A stretch of 64,000 nt of DNA, taken from contig OX597825.1 in the NCBI GenBank assembly GCA_951406725.2, positions 20,026,001-20,090,000 on the forward strand, given 5' to 3'. Each line of letters starts with the position of its first letter. Position 1 is the first letter of the stretch. The notes beneath the pieces are model-generated. The model was not told the DNA's origin. It searched no databases and saw only the letters and a program-made list of their open reading frames with translations. Position numbers and translations under genes: made by a program. Shown piece by piece: positions 1 through 12,730 of this stretch. This DNA comes from Octopus vulgaris (lineage: Eukaryota).

Positions 1-1097
1 GAGATGGCTGCAACCTCTCTACAAATATATCCTATTTTCAGTAAAATTTATTTACTGATCACCAAAATTAGAAATATTTACTGTCACATTGAGTTAACAG
101 TATACAACCACTATACAACATTATTATAATACATATAATATCGGTTTATTCTGGCTAGACATAAAACCAATATTTGCTAGAAAGCAAGTGTAGTCAATTT
201 GTAACACTGGAGCATAAAACTGATATTGGCTTTGTCGATTTCGAAAATATGAAAGACCATGCCACGCCAATGTCAATGTCGTTTGGAATTGATCTCAAGA
301 CATAAAGAATCTTAGCTAAACACTGTCAATTAGTTACACTGTTTACACAGTTATCTTTCCTTTCAATCAACTCTTCAAATTGACGTAATATTATTTTAAA
401 TATTCCGTTTAATTTCTAATATGCAATTATTATTCATAATGTGTTTGTCGCCAACAATCTCAGTGGCAGTGTATTCTTGTTAAAATGCTGTAATTATCCA
501 GTGTATTTTCCTCATCGTCCCAATAAGATGTATGCAGATTGCAATTTGATTACAGGTAATGGACAAAGGTGTTGTTGGTAATATTGCGTGTGCTCAATAT
601 GGCCACTTAGACGTGTGTCGTACAGAAAACAAAAACAAAGATTTTCTATTATAATAATAGGGATTGCATGGGAAAGGAAATTAATATTGTATAAAATGGA
701 CGTGTAAAACTGAATATCACAAAATTACAAACAGAAATCGATAACGTTCCAGAGGTTTCGATGGAGCTTTTAAGAGATACTAAAAAGTCCAAATTGGCAG
801 CTATTCGTGGACGTTCCTGAAGGTCATTTTAAAGTTTTATTTACTAACATTTTTATGTCTGTTATTTTCAGGTGGGGAGCCGAATACAGAAAATATGTGG
901 CAGAAGAAATTGGAAAATAAAGGAAAGAAGAAAATAAGGGATTTGGGGAGAGTGACTAAAAGACCTGAAGGGAAAGTGTGAAAAATGAATAGAAAGTGTT
1001 AAGGATGAGATAGAAATAGATAGAGAATAGCAGAGAAACGGTGATACTAGATTGAAATCAGCATATGTTACGTGATGTAATAGACATGAAAGTAATA

Positions 1098-2306
1098 TGA
1101 GGGTGGAATGAAAAGTTCATAGGGTAACTATGAAATGGTGATGCTAGACCTGTAAAATCTAGAATTCATGAATTTCAATCTTCTTAATATTTTCCAGGTA
1201 CACTGACATCTGACTGTTCAAAGAAGAATTCGAAAAAAGCTAGAAGCAATAGCAGATATGACGTCATCATCAATGCCATTCTGTTCCCCAGTCAAGTGTT
1301 TTTTCCTGTTTGGGAAGAGATGATAATTAGACGGGACCACATCAGGAGCATGGGGACAGCGATCAATTAGTTCAAAGCCACATTCACGCAGAGTAGCTGT
1401 TTAAACCAAGGACTTGTTTTGTTTACCTGAACATTGTTCTGAAATAAACATGACACCATTTGTCAGTTTCCCGAGCCGTTTGGTTTTGGTACAATTTCGC
1501 AACTACCTCAGCATCAGCAAGTTGGCACAGTAATCTCTATCAATGGTATAGTCCGTTTGAAGATAGTCAATGAAAACAATGCATTTTGCATTCCAAAGTG
1601 CTGAGGCCATCACCTTCCTTCTGGATGAAACGACATTTTCTTTCTGTGGAGCAGGGGAGGAGAGCTGTTTCCACTGCACAGATTGTCTCTTTACTTCTGG
1701 TCCAAAATTATGAGTTAAGACACGGTCACGAAAAACTGCTTGAGTTGCATCAAACAAAATCAGATTCTTCCGTGATGTTATCAGCTGAGTGCACTTTTGA
1801 TCAGGTGTCAGAAAAAGTAGCACACACCGAGCAGAATCCGTTGTCATGCCAAGTTCATTGTGCAGAATAATCTCAAATTTCTTACGAGATATGCTAATGT
1901 CACAGTGCGGTGAACACAATCAACGTTTCCCTCAGTAGTGATAGTGACAGAAAGTCCAGTCCATCCATCATCTTCAAAGCCCTCCCCGTCTCAAATTTAC
2001 CCTCCCACTTTTGTACCGTTGATAAAGATGGAGCGTCATCCCCTAATGCAGCAACCATGTGAGCATGAATGTCGTTGGGGGCTAAAAACTTTTCTGCTGG
2101 TTATTGATAACGCCACGACGCCAAATTTTAGCCATTTTCAAGAGTAGTCGCCATTACTTATGTTTGAAGTCTTCTTTGAACAGTCATATATCAGTTTCCT
2201 TGGAAAGAAACAATGCAGTTATGAATAGGAGGAGCTGGAATTAATTCGCGCAAGAACTACCATCGCCACTACATTGTCAGCCTATGAACCTTTCGGCCCA
2301 CTCTGA
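1098..2306 (-). mobile_element. Full-length but decayed mariner (Tc1/mariner) DNA transposon, about 1.2 kb
   Basis: Imperfect ~31-bp TIRs (tgagggtggaatgaaaagttcatagggtaac / gtcagcctatgaacctttcggcccactctga) are flanked by TA at 1096-1097 and 2307-2308. The minus-strand ORF 1503-1919 has mariner motifs (PEVKRQSVQWK, KVMASALWNAKCIVFIDYL). A degenerate YSPDLAPSDY-like motif (HAPDVVPSNY) lies near 1325-1355. Frameshifts and stops are present. Confidence 0.9.
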
Positions 2307-2445
2307 TATGTAAATTAGTATACAGTAATCCCTCGCCATGCCCCTCCGTCACGGTTTTTACGTTTACTCCTCCGTGATGTTGTTTTGCATTTATAATAAT
2401 ATAAATATATACAAATGATAAAAATGATAATAAAAAAATACAATA

Positions 2446-2845
2446 GGCGTAGGAGTGGCTGTATGGTAAGTAGCTTGCTTATGAACTACAAGGTTCCGGG
2501 TTCAGTCCCACTGCGTGGTACCTTGGGCAGGTGCCTTCTGCTATAGCCGAGGGCCAATCAAAGCCTTGTGAGTGTATTTGGAAGACGGAAATTGAAAGAA
2601 GCCCGTCGTATGTATGTATGTATGTATGTATGTATGCATGCATATATATATATTATGTATATGTATGTGTATGTATATGTTTGTGTGTATATGTTTGTGT
2701 GTCTGTGTTTGTCCCCCCAACATCGCTTGACAACCGATACTGGCGTGTTTACATCTCTGTAACTTAGCGGTCGGCAAAAGAGGCCGATACAATATGTACT
2801 AGGCTTACACAGAATCAGTCCTGGGGTCGATGTGCTCGACTAAAG
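2446..2845 (+). mobile_element. tRNA-derived SINE, family A (internal microsatellite, 3' truncated)
   Basis: Head ggcgtaggagtggctgtatggtaag with A-box and ggttcagtccc B-box-like motif. A CORE-like cttgggca(a/g)gtg segment and an internal (TATG)n follow. Matches the other copies in the window. Confidence 0.9.
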
Positions 2846-3411
2846 GGAAATTGCTGTAATTCACACTCGATATAAATACAGACGAACTTAGAATTGTATG
2901 TGAAACTTGACTTAAATCCTACGGCATCACATAGAAATTTATCGAAGTTCTTTTGGGTCCACGAACGAAAAATATAAATATAATCTAAGAAATAAGACAC
3001 ATTCAAACCCTGCATAAATCATTTTGTTGCACGTGCCTTTGAGAAACAGAGAAAAGAGGCGTGGGTAGCTGTGTTTTATTCTATTTCTTTTCTTTTAAGG
3101 GATGGTGCACATTTACTTTATATTTAGGTGGGTGTAGGAAAATACATGCACACATACTATGATGGGCATACGTATATATACCTACAAGCATTTATGCTCA
3201 TATACGTATATACATTTGCAACAGTATAAAATTAAATAAAAATGTCGTTATTCGACAGATGAAATGAGAATATATCATGTTGCGGAACTCTAGAATAAAT
3301 TCGTTTATAGAAAAACGCTCTGAGTTCCTAACTGAATAAATATACACTGGCGTAATAGTAAACGATATGATACGGCAATTTTGAATCAATAGCAATATAT
3401 AAAAATAAGAG

Positions 3412-3546
<135 letters not shown>

Positions 3547-3915
3547 TGGAATTAACCAATGAAAACAATTGTAAAGAAGAGACATCAGTTATAACAAAAA
3601 AGAGAACTGAATGACAAAATTCACCGACAGAAGAAAGAGCACTCACGAATGTAAATGCAGACAACCGCACGTAGGTCCAAACATGTATGAAGAAAATAAT
3701 ATTTTACGTAAACCAAATATAATGAAGACAGCAACCAAATGTGATGACTATATGTAGGGCTTCTCTCTTTCTCTCTCTTTCTCCCACTCACTATTTTCTC
3801 TCTTTTTCTCTCTCTCTTTAATATCTCTACTCTCTCAATTGTTGAACTATTCATAATCTATATACAAAAGAACTATTTCGCTTTAGAGTAGTATATATGC
3901 CTTATATCACATATT

Positions 3916-4326
3916 CTTTTCTCTTTTGCTCTTTTACTTATTTCAGTCATTTGACTGTGGCCATGCTGGAGTATGGCCTTTCGTCGAGCAAATCGACCCC
4001 AGGACTTATTCTTGGTAAGCCTAGTACTTATTCTATCGGTCTCTTTCGCCGAACCGCTAAGTTATGGGGACGTAAACACACCAGCATCGGTTGTCAAGCG
4101 ATGTTGGGGGAACAAACACGGACACACATACATGTACACACACATACTTACATATATATATACATATATACTACGGGCTTCTTTCAGTTACCAAATCCAC
4201 TCTGAATGCTTCGGGCGGCCCGAGGCTATAGCAGAAGACACTTCCTCAAGGTGCCACGCAGTGGGATTGAACCCGGAACCATATGGTTGGTAAGCAAGCT
4301 ACTTACCACACAGCCACTCCTACGCC
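3916..4326 (-). mobile_element. SINE family A, full length
   Basis: Reverse complement of the family A consensus from head (cagccactcctacgcc) to tail (ctcttttactt). Confidence 0.92.
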
Positions 4327-5426
4327 TAATGATTTTTTTATAAAGTATGAAATGGCGCTATACAAGGCTACAGCTGACAAGAAGATTTATGATCTCCGTT
4401 ATTAATAGAGAAACTTATTTAAATATCTATATTGTGAGCATCTTCTTTGTGACTCACCGATTTACATGTGAAACTTCTAATCCTGCCATTATTTACCTAA
4501 ATTGATTATCTCCCTTACAATACATAGCCGACAGGGAATACCTCGTGTTCAGATATAATAATTATTGTGAAGAAATGTAAGAAAAAATTGTCGGGAAATT
4601 AGTCAATGAAATATAGCAATACAATGTTCAAAATGTCAACAATGTAACCAATAGGTATGAAGGACCATCAGGTAAAAACGAATGGAGCACAGAAATGAAA
4701 TATTTGGGATTCTATCACCGAGAAGTTAAGCAGTAAACAGCAAATATATGATAACCATCGAAAGGATATTGTTTTCATTTTCTAGGTTCTATAAACCTAA
4801 GTTTGTAAAAAGTAATTAAAAACTGGGTAAATAAAGCCAAATAGTGTATTTATATATAAACTACATAGAACTATATGTATGTATCTGTGTATGTATATGT
4901 ATATATATATATATATATATAAGTATATGAAAGAATGGAGTTGAACGACTAGTTAACAAATATCCTTTATTTTCGACATATGTTTCGAAGGCTGCATATT
5001 CCTAGGGACGTAGCTTCAACCGTGTTCTTTCTGATGTGAATTTGCTACCCAGGTATCGGTTATCTTTCGAATTATCCTTAATAAGATAATCCATTCAACT
5101 ACTCAAATATGTATATATATATAATAATTATTAACATTTGAGGGAATAAAATCCAAACTTACAAGCAAAAAATTTCTATTTAGAAATACAAAATCAAATT
5201 TCACACAATATAATATATATATTAAAAATTAGAAAAAAATCACCTTTTATCAATTCAAAATGAACAATTAAATTACACCATCTAGGAAATTACATATAAT
5301 AGAAAACTTAAAATTAAAATAACAATAAAATGTCAATGATTAAGTAAATTGCAAAAAAATAATAATAATAACGTATATAATAGGTAGAAAAAACATTATA
5401 CCTATTATATACGTTATTATATTTCT

Positions 5427-5476
<50 letters not shown>

Positions 5477-5934
5477 TATTTATAATTTATTTATTTATTT
5501 GAATCGGTACACGGACGGGATGCCGAATGCACTTTGCCGAAGGACAAGAAACCGAGCGCCAAGAAGCTGAACGGACACAATGCCATGTGGATATAAAGCC
5601 GAACGGACAACAGGCTGAATAGACATACGAAAGTTGTAATATATGCTAAACACTTTATTCCTACAATATGACCATTTGACATACTAAAAATTAGGTACGA
5701 CATTTTGTCTGTCATAAATTAAGTATTCCATTTCCGTATTTATTTATTTATCTTCATAACTGAAAGCTTTCTATGAATTATGCAAAATTAAAGCTAAACA
5801 TCCAAAAGAAATCTTTTGTCGGTGCACTTGAGTTAAATATATAAACACCTTTATATCGACCATAAATTTCAGTCATAAATATCATTGGTGAAGAAGGTGG
5901 TTGTGTTGTTGTTGTTATTCGTAGCGGATGTCGT

Positions 5935-5935
5935 G

Positions 5936-5967
<32 letters not shown>

Positions 5968-6200
5968 TGTATGTATGTTTGTGTGTGTTTGTGTGTCTGT
6001 GTTTGTCCCCCAACATCGCTTGACAACAGATGCTGGTGTGTTTACGTCCCCGATAGAATAAGTACAAGGCTTACAAAGACCAATAGAATAAGTACAAGGC
6101 TTACAAAGAATACGTCTTGGGGTCGATTTGCTCGACTGAAGGCGGTGCTCCAGCATGGACACGGTCAAATGACTGAATCAAGTAAATGAGTAAAGAGTAA
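5935..6200 (+). mobile_element. SINE family A, 5' truncated, with an internal 30-bp tandem duplication
   Basis: Matches the 3' half of family A. The unit gatagaataagtacaaggcttacaaaga occurs twice at about 6052-6108. Confidence 0.88.
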
Positions 6201-6539
6201 GTTACACGCTATTTTTTGAATACTTAAAATAATGTATTTTATTAATGGTCAGCATATATTTGCAGAAAACCTCTTTCATTTTTCGTTACTCCAAGACTAT
6301 ACTTTCTTCTCTTCTGTACTTCAGTGCATTGTCCTTGTGTTGTTAACATAAGAGAGGTACATTTTCAGGCTGGAATTATCTCATACAGATCCGTAAAGAT
6401 AGTTAATACTCATCACCAGGATGGATCTGTTATCCGTTAGTCCAGAAGTTCCCTTCTGTTTATTGTTTAGGCTACACCACCATCTATCGCCGGTTTTCCA
6501 GGCCTATCGTGACATTACCATATTATTCATTTTTACTGG

Positions 6540-6670
6540 CTGAGAGGATTAGATCAATGTGAAATGAAATGTTTTACTCAAGAACACAACTCATCACCCG
6601 GTCCAGACATGGAAACAAAAATCTTACGATTATGAGTCCATCAACCTAACCACTAAGCTACGATCCCACA
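6540..6670 (-). mobile_element. SINE family D, diverged 5' part
   Basis: Similar to 17740-17868 (gtgaaatgaa.tgtttt.ctcaagaacacaac...ctaaccactaagc). Confidence 0.7.
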
Positions 6671-6684
6671 GTTACATAAAACGA

Positions 6685-6966
6685 TAAACGTCGCCCTTTT
6701 CAAACCTAGCCAGGCTCATGGGCCCGGTTTCCCGGTTTCTGTGGCGTAAGTGTACCCCTCAGCTAAACGGGACGCCAGTCCATCGCAGCGTTACTCAAAG
6801 AACAGGAAGTGCGAGTGAGATAAAGTTGTGGCGAAAAAGTGCAACAGGTGTCGCCACCACCCCTGGCGGAGCCTCGTAGAGCTTTTTAGGTATTTTTGCT
6901 CAATAAACACACACAACACCCGATCAGGGAATCGAAACCATGATCCTCCGACCGCGCGTCCGCTGC
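6685..6966 (-). mobile_element. SINE with family C head/body and family D tail
   Basis: Body matches 16886-17080; tail (gtaacgctgcgatggactggcgtcccg...gggcccatgagcctggctagg) matches 17620-17725. Confidence 0.85.
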
Positions 6967-7494
6967 ATATCCGTCAGTTACGTATCCGTCTTAAATATAT
7001 GTTCTTCCGTTTACTAACTCACGTTACTTATTGCTGTTGTTTTGTTTTGTTTTTGTCTATATTTTTTTTATTAAGACTATTTCTTTAGTTTCTTCTTTTT
7101 GGACTTTTATATTTTTTCTTACTATCTTCTGCCATTTAATTCGTTGTAATTTGAGAGGTTTTTTTTTTTTTTCACATTTTGTGTCTCTTTAGACATTCTT
7201 CATTTTCCACTTTCTTTTGGAATTTTGCGCTTTCATTAATTTTCGTCACTAGATATTGCTTCTCTCGTCTTTCATTTCTTTCTCATTTTCCTTCGTATTA
7301 TAACTGCTGTATTTCTTTCCTTCTTTTTGTTAGTTCTTTCCCTATTCCGTGTTTTATGTATACCACTAAACTTTGTTTTTTTTTGTTTCATTTAACCATC
7401 CTTACTTACAGCCTCTTTTACATCCAATCTTCTTGTTAGCTCTCTTTCATATCAATTCTTTCTGTCTTTGTGCTATTCTATCTTTATATATAAG

Positions 7495-8345
7495 AGCAGA
7501 CATGGCTGTGTGGCGAAGAAACTCGCTTTGCAACCACGTGATTTCAGGGCCAGTTCCACTGCGCAATATTACGGACGAGACATTTCTACTTTGACTTAAG
7601 ACGGACCACTGCTTTGTAATTGAATTTGATAGTCGGAAATTGTGTAGATGCCCTTCGGGTATGTGTATATACATATATATCATGTATACGTTTGTATATA
7701 TATTTCTTTACTACCCACAAGGGGCTAAACACAGACGGGACAAACAAGGAAGACAAACGTGTTAAGTTGACGACATCGACCCCAGTGCGTAACTGGTACT
7801 TGATTTATCGACCCCGAAAGAATGAAAGGCAAAGTCAACCTCGGCGGAATTCGAACTCAACGCAGTGGCAGACGAAATACCTATTTATTTATTACCCGCA
7901 AGGAGCTAAACACAGAGAGGGCAAACAAGGACAGACAAACGTGTTAAGTCGATGACATCGACCCCAGTGCGTAACTGGTACTTAATTAATCGACCCCAAA
8001 AGAATGAAAGGCAAAGTCGACATTGGCGAAATTTGAACTCAGAACGCAGCGTCGGACGAAATACCGCAAAGCATTTCGCCCGGCGTGCTAACGTTTCTGC
8101 CAGCTCGCCGCCTTATACGTATGTATATATGCATGCATATATATACATATATGTGTCTGTGTTTCTGTTTGTCTCCAGCCCACTTCTTGACAACCAATTT
8201 TTGTTGACGTCCCCTGGCAGAAGTGTGCTTAGAATAAATACCACACTTTAAATATAAGTACCAGGGTCGATTTTGTTTCGACTAAACCCTTAAAGAGTGT
8301 TCCTCTGCATGGCTGCAGTCTAATGACTGAAGCAAGTAAAAGATA
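7495..8345 (+). mobile_element. Old diverged family-A-like SINE, split by a family B dimer inserted into its microsatellite
   Basis: Head atggctgtgtgg...caaccacgtg at about 7500. The tail (gggtcgattttgtttcgactaaa...gcatggctgcagtctaatgactgaagcaagtaaaag) resumes after 8130. Confidence 0.7.
7702..8113 (-). mobile_element. SINE family B dimer (head plus two bodies) with one TSD
   Basis: Two tandem body units with a junction at about 7880. TSD tatacgt(t/a)tgtatatat at 7685-7701 and 8114-8130. Confidence 0.92.
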
Positions 8346-9076
8346 CAAAATTAATATTGCGTTTTTTCCCATCCTTTGTCTTTTGTTTCCAAACGCCACT
8401 ACTTTCCTTCTCACTTTATCAATTAAACGCTTAATATTTTCCTTGTCTTTATTCATTCAAACTTTTCCCATTTCCTTTTATTCTTCTACTCAAACATTTA
8501 CTGAATTCTTCCTTTCTACATCGTCTCTAATTTACACAATACATTCCCCATGTCTTTGTAGTCACTTCCCACAATCCCTCTCTGTTTATTCTCATTTCCT
8601 TTAAACTGTTTGAGTTTTTCTTTCTTCTTGATTTCAGTGATTTCTTCTCCATTTATTATGTCCACGAGTATCCCGTATCATTTTCCATTCCCATGACACC
8701 AAAGGATCCGACGTTAAACATCAGGATTAATTATTATTTACCAATGCTTTAGGATAACCATGCTCACACTACTTTACTATGGAAAGAAGGATATCAGATT
8801 TCAGTAAAATTAATCGATATATCACAACAATGAATTGGCAATAGGATTTTTGTCTTAACACTAAATTTTGTACACCGTTTCTTTAATTATCACCTTTTTT
8901 TTCTCACATTTCGCCTTCCTTCTTTCCAGTTTTCTCTCTGTCCTTCTCTATCAATATCTATCTATGTCTATCTGTCTGTGTGTCTATGCATCTATCCATC
9001 TGTCTCCTGTCTTTGTTGCAATTAGTTGCAATTTTTCAATAAAGATTCAGTTAAGATATTTATTCTAATGTTGCCG

Positions 9077-9310
9077 TCTTCTTCTTCTTCTTCTTCTTCT
9101 TCTTCTTCTTCTTCTTCTTCTTCTTCTTCTTCTTCTTCTTCTTCTTCTTCTTCTTCTTCTTCCTCTCCTTTTTCTTCTTCTTTTTCTTCTTCTTCTTCTT
9201 CTCCTTCTTCTTCTTCTTCTTCTTCTTTTCTTCTTCTTCTACTCCTTTTTCTTCTTCGCCCTCTTCTTCTTCTTCCTCCTCGTTCTTCTTCTTTTCTTCT
9301 TCTTCTTCCC
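9077..9310. repeat. (CTT)n microsatellite
   Basis: Directly visible; it explains the poly-E and poly-S ORFs. Confidence 0.98.
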
Positions 9311-9717
9311 TTCCTCTTTTTGTATTCCCCTTCCACTTCTGTCTCCCTAGCTACCAATCTATCAATCTCTTTCTTCCTTGTCTCCTCTTCTCTCCTTCTT
9401 CCCTCTCGTAATTCCATCTATCGCTTCCTTCCTCTTGTTTCCGTTCCCTTTCCCATCCTTCCTCTTCCCATTGTTTGTTTCCTTTCTCCATGTTTTTGTC
9501 ACTAGTTTCCTATTACTCCATTCCTGTTGGTTAAGGTTAACATAACTCGCTTGCAAATATAACTTTCGTTTTTCCCTGCATAGGTCTACTTTCACTTTCA
9601 AGGCAATAATTTAGCATAATGTTAGGAAGTCGGGCAGTACATGATACCTTATTTCGAACTGCTTGCAAATCCTGTCGATGTTGTCGTGGTGTTTCATAAT
9701 TATCATGGCTGTTGGTT

Positions 9718-9905
9718 AAGACGGTGATCTGGCAGAGCTGTTACAACATACAGCGCCATTACGTATGTGTCGTCAGTTCAAATTCCTCCGATTTCGACTT
9801 TGTCCTACATTTCTCGGATGAAAGAATAGTACCGGCTGAAAAATGGTATCAATGTAACTGACTTGCTCCTATAGACCTGCTGACCTTGTGCACAAATTTA
9901 AAACC
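9718..9905 (+). mobile_element. SINE family B, old diverged copy
   Basis: gacggtgatctggcaga...agttcaaattcctccgatttcgactttg resembles the family B head and body. Confidence 0.65.
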
Positions 9906-10057
9906 ATTGTTATAATTTTGACCGTGATTTACTGCCGGACTTAGTGCTAGAAAAGTTGAGAAAGCCTTAAACAGATTGTGAAATGAGGGATCAATATACA
10001 TAACAGGGCTTGATTTTTTTTATTTCTGCTTAGCTCTAATTAAGATTAGACCAACTA

Positions 10058-10356
10058 AGGCGGCGTGCTGGCAGAATTGTTAGCACGCCGGGCGAAACGC
10101 TTAGCGGTATTTCGTCTGCGTTACGTTGTGAGTTCAAATTCCGCCGAGGTCGACTTTGCCTTTCATCCTTTCGAGGTCGATAAATTAAGTACCAGTTACG
10201 CACTGGGGTTGATGTAATCGACTTAATACCTATGTCTGTCCTTGTTTGTCCCCTCTGTGTTTAGCCCCTTGTGGGTAATAAAGAATTAGGTATTTCGTCT
10301 GCCGTTACGTTCTACGTTCAAATTCCGCCGAGGTCCACTTTGTCTTTCATCCTTTG
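10058..10356 (+). mobile_element. SINE family B, monomer plus partial second body
   Basis: Head ggcggcgtgctggcagaa. Junction aagaattag|gtatttcgtctg at about 10289. The second unit is truncated. Confidence 0.9.
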
Positions 10357-12141
10357 CTGTCTACTGGTGTAACGATGCTGACGAAGGGTATGTATTTCTT
10401 AGCACACTGGCTTTGCTTATAAATTTAAAGATGTGCAGAAAAGAGAAAATATAATTGAGAAAACCCCGGATAAAGTTATTTCCTATTTCTGTTAAGGTTC
10501 CTAACATGATTTCTACGTAGTTATTTTCCACAACATTCAGGCTTTTTAAATTGGAAACGTTAATGCTAATTTGGAAACAAAACAAATGCCATAGTAACAG
10601 TAGGACATTAACTTTGTATTCGTTGGGTCTGCCGTCATTCACATTTCTGCAAAACATCAACCGATAGCAATAATATTCAAATGTGTTTTTATTTTTCTTT
10701 GATTTAACATCTAAGGAGGCGAGTTGGGATTTGTCACAAGCAGTCATTGTAATTGTTTTTTTTCAAACCATATGAAACTAGTTTATGTATTCGTTGTACA
10801 AGGTACTAAATAATTGGTTATATTTTCCCTTCATGTCAATTTCTTTCGTTGATTTGTTTTCTAACTTCTCCATCTGTATACAATATATTCGTCGAATGTG
10901 TTATACCCCTATATGTTTGATGTAAAAGTATAGCAATTATCTCCATGTTTTTCTCTTTAGAAGCTTGTTTAGAGTCAAACTCAGTTTGGCGTTTTCGCAT
11001 AACCAATGATTATATGGTGACAGTTTTCTCTCAATATATCTTCATATATTCCACGATTGACGTAAGCGTATGACTACAGATTCTACATGAAAGAGAGGAC
11101 TTTGAAATTGAATCAGCACATATATTCTGACATCCGGTGTAGAATTATTTCTTTCTATTATATATCCTTATGGAAGCCTTAATTCTAGAAACACTTGAAA
11201 TTAGTCTAGTAAATTGGTGCAGGTTACCTGTAAGATGTGTTTTCATTATTCAAAATGTGCAACAATATAAGTTCTTTTCGTAAAAGTCTGTTTTGCTAAC
11301 GGTGTCTAAAATTGCTTTAATGCTCAGTGTGACATTGATTCTAACAAAGGCTATTTGAAAGCAACTGAACGTAATTGAGGTCGTGCCTTCTGAAACCTAA
11401 CAGCACTAATTTTTCAAAATCCGTTGAAAATCATGTTATTCGCATCCGTCGTGATTTCTGCCTCAAATGACTCACATTTCTATGATTTATAACACCATGC
11501 TAACATAGATAAGTTCGTAATGAGGGTTAATCCGATAGCTTGCATTTTAGTTTATGACATTGAAAACTGAATAATATTTCAAATTATAGCGCTTATTGTT
11601 TTTACGGAGTATTAGCAAAGATCTATGTCTATACTGTGCGACTCGCCAATTATTTTGATCGAACGCATCATGTTCTTTTAGTTGTCATTGTGGTGGTGGT
11701 CATCGTCGTCGTTGATTTTGCATAGCCCCGGGTCAGCTTTCATAAAGCAGGCTTATTATCAAAGTCATTCCATTCTACAGTACAATGACGAACAATGACC
11801 GTCTCATGTTTCTCACAGTAATTTCCAAATTATGTCAAATATGAGGGATCCTCCAAACAATATCATACAGACTTGAAATCTCTCGAATATTTTCTCAATG
11901 GCAGCACATTTACCAGTTTAACAGATGGTAGAGAGTGATCCTAGAAGGCTTTGATAGCTATTTTTTACTGATCTAATGACCACACAGAGGGTCACTCTCT
12001 CGGCCATTTCCCGATGAATGGGAAATGCATTCACAAATGAAATGCAATCTATATATCACGGTGTCTTATCAGTAGTCTCCGATACTGACAAAGGCGAATA
12101 GTAAGTAAGAATAGTAAGTAATATATATATATATATATATC

Positions 12142-12223
12142 ATAAATTCAGGGTGAATACCTGATAAGTGTAAGCACCTGTATACAGGTGCTTACACTTA
12201 TCAAGTATTCACCCTGAATTTAT
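12142..12223. repeat. 82-bp near-perfect palindrome with no loop
   Basis: ataaattcagggtgaatacctgataagtgtaagcacctgta|tacaggtgcttacacttatcaagtattcaccctgaatttat: 41-bp arms with one mismatch. Confidence 0.97.
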
Positions 12224-12526
12224 TGTACCTACCTGACCTACGTTGTCAATTGGATCGGATCCTATATAACCTCGACAACCTTTAGTACTTGATAAACAAA
12301 AAAAGATATATATATATATAGTTATAGTTATAGTTGATAAAGGAAAGGGAAGGGGGATCACACTCAACAAACACTGCGGATTTTCTGATGTATATACCGT
12401 GGAAATTATAGCGTTATTCTTCATGACATAAGGTTGTCCAAATGGTGAATGTGATTTTATCGATTTTCTAATAGACATATACCTAAAGGCCAAGTAGTTA
12501 TATATATATATATATATATATATATA

Positions 12527-12697
12527 GGCGCAGGAGTGGCTGTGTGGTAAGTAGCTTGCTAACCAACCACATGGTTCCGGGTCCAATCCCACTGCGTGGC
12601 ATCTTGGGCAGGTGTCTTCTGCTATAGCCCCGGGCCGACCAATGCCTTGTGAGTGGATTTGGTAGACGGAAACTGAAAGAAGCCTGTCGTATATATG

Positions 12698-12730
<33 letters not shown>

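Noticed and set aside
2321-2345. Tigger/pogo-like TIR cagtaatccctcg (also near 31276)
   Set aside because: Only one end is visible at each site, so no element can be delimited.
9022-9505. Poly-Glu / poly-Ser ORFs
   Set aside because: Translations of (CTT)n.
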